Notes under the pieces: model-generated | The model's database searches: none | Seen by the model: only the letters and a program-made list of their open reading frames with translations | Told to the model about the DNA's origin: nothing | NCBI GenBank assembly: GCA_040285825.1 | Contig: JAUPSS010000004.1 | Location: 6,415,784-6,479,783 of the forward strand | DNA from: Eukaryota sp. TZLM1-RC | Taxonomy: Eukaryota > Protista > Metamonada: BaSk clade | Direction of reading: 5' to 3' | Length of the DNA: 64,000 bases | In this document: positions 58,505 through 64,000 of the stretch, piece by piece | How the letters are laid out: every line of letters begins with the position of its first letter | How positions within the stretch are numbered: position 1 is the stretch's first letter | Translations under genes and position numbers: made by a program

Positions 58505-61500
58505 TAGGTATGCCAAAGATGGCGCAAACATTCCAAATTAAAGCATCGGCGGTTTCTAAGGCATTGATTTCTTTAAGAGGGACTAAAATTGTATATCCAG
58601 TAAAAGAATCTACAAATACTAATAGATATGTATTTCCATCGTTGTCAGTATTCAGAGGTCAATCTGGCAAAACGAACATCTGCCCATAGAGATCCTGTGA
58701 AAGGTGTTTTTGATCTTCTAACTGGAGCCGTTTTTTTTTGACAAGTTGGGCATCTTTTGACACGATTTATAAGGTCCTTTCTCATATTGGGCCAAATTAT
58801 ATTGAATTGATGCTATTCGTCATTTGGGTTCGTTTTGTGGAAATAATGATGAAATTACCGAAAAATTGTTTGAAAAGTTGAACTCAATTTCCGACAAAAT
58901 TGACCGAATGATGAATTTAGATATACAAAAACACATCAAATTTACCATTATAAGACTGTGTTTTAGTTCCAACTTCAATCATATATTTCGATCTACAAAT
59001 CCTCTCGTCACTAGACCTTTGGCTCAGAAGTTTAATGAATTACGTGCAAAAGTTCTGTCTCAATTACTGGGATGTAAAATGTTCCAAATTCCAGATCATG
59101 CTTACCTTAGTTCACATTATGGCGGTTTAGGGTGGACGAAGGCTTCTATTCTTACCTCGTGTGCTTTTGTTGGTGGATGCAGAAATGCAATCTTTGAGTT
59201 TTCCGAAAGATTTGCAGATTGGGAAGATTTATTGATGACAACACAAAGTTCCACTGTTTTTGCATTAAATGAAGAAATTTCAAAAATTGATGCAGAAAAA
59301 TGGGGTCGATGCTTCCCCCAATCATTCAATGGCAATATTCCAGAAAAGAATGTTTTAAATTTGAAGTACACTCTTCGAACATTACAGAAACGATTGACTG
59401 GAATGTATGAAAATGATCTTTATAATAATATATGCAGCTCGGCTGTTTTAAATCAAGAACTTCACTCATTGTTATTGGAAAAGGGTGTTTGTGAAAACAA
59501 GTCATCAGATTCTTCACGTTTTGTAACCATTGTACCACAAAGATTTGGATTGTGGGCCACTAATGAAGCATTTGTAACAAAAATGAGATCATATTTGAAT
59601 ATCCCCATTAATCAATTATTATCAAAAGAAAAATGTATTTGTTCGAATTCCCCTCAACTCATTTTGCGCCATGCTCTGAATTGCTCTAAATTGATAACTT
59701 ATCGTTCTTCATTACATGATGCTGTTAGAGACACTGTTTTCAATATGGCACAAACTGCAAGAATATCGTGTATCAAAGAGCCTCTGCTGAAGGAAACATT
59801 TTCTCTGAATAATTTTGGTTCCGATGATAGAGGTGATGTATAATGTGATTGGATTGATAATTCTGAAGCCATTGTTGATTTTGTCTCATGTAATGTTGCA
59901 AATGATACTCTGGTTCACAGAAGAAAACTCAATCCTGTGACTGCTCTTGATTTTCAAGCAAAAGAGAAACATAGAAAATATGATAAAGATATTGAGGAGG
60001 CTAATGCTGATAGAAATACACAGCTGGTTTTCATTGCTTTCCCATTTTCGATAAATGGAAGATTATCAGATGAAGCAGAAACTTTTTTGAATGACTTCCA
60101 AAAAATGGTTCAAGAAAAAACAATGAAAAGATTTGATATTTTTTATGGCGTTTACGGATTCAATTTGCCATTATTAATAGATTACCTCGGTTTTTCAATC
60201 GAATTAGAGAAGCTTTAGCTAGACAGCAAGCAGATCAAGATTTTGTAGAGGAAATCTTGGTTCAATGATAGTCGTCCCATTAGTTATGAGTTAATTGAAT
60301 TAAGTGTGCAAATTCAATAAATACAATAATGGACCAGTAAAAATCGCTTTTGGATAATTTGTGTAAACTATCCTTTTTCCTGGGGTGGCCAGATTGGACT
60401 AAACCATGTATTAGTAATAGTGCCTGTTTTCTGAGGCTCTTTGGAATTAGGATTTTATTTGTATTATTATTCCAAATTTGAGTATTTTCTTCTAGAATTG
60501 CATTTTCAAAAAAAGAGTCATTGTTATTTTTGGTTATTGGTCGTTCAGATCTTTTCTTAGAGGACCAAGAAGAAACAATAGGTAAATCTTGGTGTCTACT
60601 GAGGGATGAAATTGATGGGATATCTTCAAAGTCCAAATCAGAATCATTGTCGAGTGGAGGTATTTTGTAATTCGAAAGTAAAGTATCTGGAATATTTATA
60701 CTACAAATAGAAGGAGTTTCTCGTATTGATCCAAATCAATATTCCTCGATAGCATATCTGCCCGGTGGTTGTCTTCACCCGTCTCATGGACTATGTCAAA
60801 GTCGAATTCACATAGTATCGGCAGCCATCTCTTTACAATTCGATTTTTCTCTGGGGATGTAGCCAGGAATGCAATGTTTTTGGGACCGGTGAAAATTGTT
60901 GATTGTCTAGTTCAAAGGTAGCTTTCTAAACAACTTTCAGTTAAAATCAAAAGTATTGCATATAATTTTTTCTGTAAAGTGGACCATTTTCTTTGTGTTT
61001 CTGTAAGGAATCTATTATAGAATGACAAAGGTTTCACTTTCCTTTTATTTAGCGATGTTCCTGCAGGAGGATAGGGTTCAATTTCTTGCCAAATTACGCC
61101 TCCTACTGCTACATCTGAAGCGTCGGTACTTATTCATACTCGCTTACCCGCAGCTGGTTATTCAAGGGGCATATGGTTTGATATTAAATCTTTGATTTGT
61201 TTAAGATAATCGTCATGCTCATTGGTCCATTTGATAATTCTAAATTTTTATTAACTCGTTAATTGCAGCTATCAGTTCAGAATTTCAAGGGAGCCAATCT
61301 CTGATGTAATTGACTGATCCAACCAATGAGCAAACCTCTTCCACTGTCTTTGGTCTGGGTATTGTCATAAGGGCTTCAATCTTTTTCTTGCTAATAAACC
61401 TAGTTTTGTTCTGGAAAATGCTTCCTAAGATGTCAATGGGGTGTTTGGCTGTGACGAATTTGCTTTTTTTTAAACCAATGTTTACCCGTCTATTTCTGGC

Positions 61501-61610
61501 GCATTCGTTGTAGACTCGTTGTAGTCTTTTGTAGAATTCATCAAATGAAATACCTACTATTATAATGTCGTCTATGTATATGAAAACGCCGTTTGTTGAC
61601 CCCTTCTTGT
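58505..61610 (-). mobile_element. Ty3/gypsy LTR retrotransposon pol remnant (RT-RNaseH-integrase), split by a non-LTR insertion
   Basis: RT FIYIDDIII; RNase H TDASDVAVGGVI and QRKWST; integrase HG..SGHP..FYW at about 60330, continuing WPNMRKD..CPTCQK..YLLVFVDSFT..FGIP at 58794-58505. Confidence 0.88.
58797..60325 (+). mobile_element. RLE non-LTR family A, 5'-truncated copy inserted in the gypsy integrase
   Basis: RHLGSF..GGLG..CICSNSP..HALNC..RGDV..KEKHRKY plus the family A 3' UTR. Confidence 0.92.
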
Positions 61611-61619
61611 TGAAATCAT

Positions 61620-62215
61620 TGGTTCTCACAAGATTTCGGGTCGATTCGTCCGATGAGGTGTTTCTGGATCATTTAAGATCCTCCACCTCGTTTTCCTCGT
61701 ACAAGGAATTCAACTTGGTTATGTCTGAGTTGAAGGTTGATGTCCGTAAGGGCGACGTCCGTGAACGTATGTCCTGCTACCTGAGACGTTTTCTTCAGGC
61801 GAAAAGCAGGGCTTCCGGACTGAAACTGTCTGACTCAGCCTTCATGATCAGATTCGCTAGGGGTATTTTTCCATTAGGACTGCAGAAATCTCTGATTTCT
61901 CGAATTGGGGACGAGGTATTCCCCGATTTTCCTACATTGGTAAATACCGCAGAGGATGAACTACTTGATTGCACGCGAGTAGCTTCTATCAACAGGTCTT
62001 CAAAGACTGTTTCTGAAAATACCGACTCTGTGCGTCAAGCTGGTATGAAGTCTCGTTCATCCCATAGGTCTCGCAATTTGACTGAAGGGACATGTTTCAA
62101 ATGTCACGAGAAAGGTCATCTAGCTCGTGATTGCCCCTCAAAAGTTAAGCACGAAGTCAATCTTCTACGCCACGTGCCTCAGTATCTCACAAATCCCCTA
62201 TCTTCATTACGCTAA
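61620..62215 (+). mobile_element. LTR retrotransposon gag fragment with CCHC zinc knuckle
   Basis: YLRRF..A....LSD..FARG capsid-like segment and CFKCHEKGHLARDC. It is followed by a PPT and TGTTG at 62244-62260. Confidence 0.8.
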
Positions 62216-63082
62216 ATGGTTTAAGAAACTGTTGAAAGAAAATGGGAAGAAGTAGTGTTGTTGTTACTGATTAACTAACTTGGTAGAGAGATGATGATTT
62301 ACATGATGACGTGGCACTTGTTCAAGAACAAGTATTTCTAATGATAAACCTCTTTTTTTTCTTTTTATTTTTGGTATTTCTGCCTAACGGTATCACTCTT
62401 ACAATGCTATTGATTAGAACGTTGAAATCATGGCTAGGTGTCACTAGAACTGCTATGTGGATTATCTGTAGTTACCCAAATGTAAGGGTGATCTCGGTTT
62501 TCCCGAGCTTACCAGAAATATTATACTCTGCAAAATTCTTTTGATCCTGACTCATAGTGTTTGAAGTAATAAAACGATGAAGATCTATTTGGAAACGAAT
62601 TTTAATTCAATTAAAAATTTTGAGAATGTTACTATTGGTTGAAGAAAGGAGGAATTTTTGTTATTAGTCAAACATACTTTATACTTTCCTGATTTAAATC
62701 AGCCAATCGTCAAACAAGATTATGTTGGTAATTGCGATTACAACACTTATGTTTTTCTTTATTCAAGAAAACACTTTAATGCGATGACTGATGCAGATTT
62801 AATACAACAATCGATTGACAAGTTCTATAAGTAGCTATTGAATTTAGTGAAATGTGAAAGGACGTTGGTATTTACATTAACCAAATTTGATGGTTTTGAT
62901 TTAGAACCCTCAAAGCAGTACATTCACAGAGCCTTCGGAAAATACTGTTAACCTTTGTTACAACTGCCAAGAAGGAAAATACAATTGCAAGCAGTTCAAA
63001 GGGCCACTTTGATAGTTAGATATTCCTGAAAAGGGTAAAAACGGAAGGCACAACTGTTTAAACAAAACAGTTCAGAAGCAAA

Positions 63083-63745
63083 ATGCATAATAATGTCAGG
63101 GACCAAATTTATGTAATGTGCAAATCATATCGAGTAGAATCCTTTTTAGAGCCTTTGTTATCAAAATTAATTCTTGATGACCCCAATATTGATAGTACGT
63201 GTTACAACAAAGCTTCTATGGGTCTGACAAGATGTGATCTAGTTGTTCCCGGTTTAAACGGTAGTTTTACCATTTTAGACGCCATGTCTATTGACCCTCG
63301 TAATTCTTCTAACGAACATCTCATTAACTCAGATGTAAATAATCCTCTTCTTGCTGGCAAAAAATATAACACTGCTAAATATGCGAAACCCATTTCTTCA
63401 GTTAATGAAAATTCTCATGCCCAATATAATTTATGTCCCATTTGTTATTTTTTTCTTGGATCTCTAGTTATGGCTGCTATGGCTTTCCTTGAGGATTTTG
63501 TTGTAGTTGTAAAAGAAAGAACTGGAAGAATTTTCAATCGTGTTTACTGGCAAAAAAGGATAATATTTTCTATTTTTAAGGGTATGGTAAAACTAATTTC
63601 TGATTCACTCTCTTCTTGTGGGAAATTTTCTGACTCTTTAGCAATTAATTGTTTTGATGTAGGGGAGGCAGGTTTTGAGGATGTGAAGTTTTAATTGTGT
63701 GTTTTATGTTTTCATATTTCTTTTTTTTTGACCAATATAATTTAT
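63083..63745 (+). mobile_element. RLE non-LTR family G 3' fragment
   Basis: HNNVRDQ..EPLL..RCDL..ILDAMSIDP..KY..YWQKRIIFSIFKG..FEDVKF*. Confidence 0.88.
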
Positions 63746-64000
63746 AGTTTAAACAAAAAAATGTAATTTGTTTACTTACAACAAAAGATCAATCAAAACT
63801 ATAAGTAACAGAACTATATGATTCAGAAGTGAATCCAATATCGCTATCATCCAACATCTTATCAAACAATGCAGATGCATCAATTGTGTGATTAGAATGC
63901 AAAGAATCATCCACCTTACATGATGCCTTTGAACTAAATTGTTCTGGGACAGGAATTAAAATATCAATCTTTGTTCCAAGACCTTCACTAGACTCAATGA

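Noticed and set aside
62580-63080. Possible Polinton/pPolB N-terminal remnant (YVFLYSRKHFNA, Cys pairs)
   Set aside because: Too degraded; no catalytic motif can be read with confidence.
1-64000. tRNA/rRNA genes
   Set aside because: None recognised by eye; a tRNAscan-SE/Infernal run would be needed to exclude them.

Overview
Compact, AT-rich eukaryotic (protist-like) genomic DNA. My inference is a metamonad-like flagellate, but this cannot be established from the sequence alone. About 20 intact host genes alternate with blocks of decayed mobile DNA. Host genes include a bacterial-type cyclase/kynurenine formamidase, KATNAL2-like katanin, an RCC1-repeat protein, WDR55, a SPATA4-like CH protein, a DHHC palmitoyltransferase, Vps20, a papain-family protease, CENP-C with a 6x144-bp internal repeat, LysRS, GPN1, PIF1, an MFS transporter, Cyc8/Ssn6 and a CDK9/12-like kinase. 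Three of them carry 29-34 nt spliceosomal introns with a fixed branch-point spacing. The mobile DNA comprises: (i) five remnants of Fanzor1-type (TnpB-derived, RNA-guided RuvC) genes from several families, one nearly full length with all three catalytic residues; (ii) about 16 5'-truncated copies of RLE-type (CRE-like) non-LTR retrotransposons from several families; (iii) a young 1.6-kb non-autonomous LTR element (identical 110-bp LTRs, 4-bp TSD) inserted inside a Fanzor gene; (iv) a fragmented Ty3/gypsy element; (v) a TIR-flanked Mutator derivative; and (vi) fragments of a family-B DNA polymerase exonuclease and of Ulp1/SENP-like proteases. All assignments are by-eye motif recognition, without database searches. 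Mobile-element boundaries are approximate unless a TSD, TIR or LTR is given.
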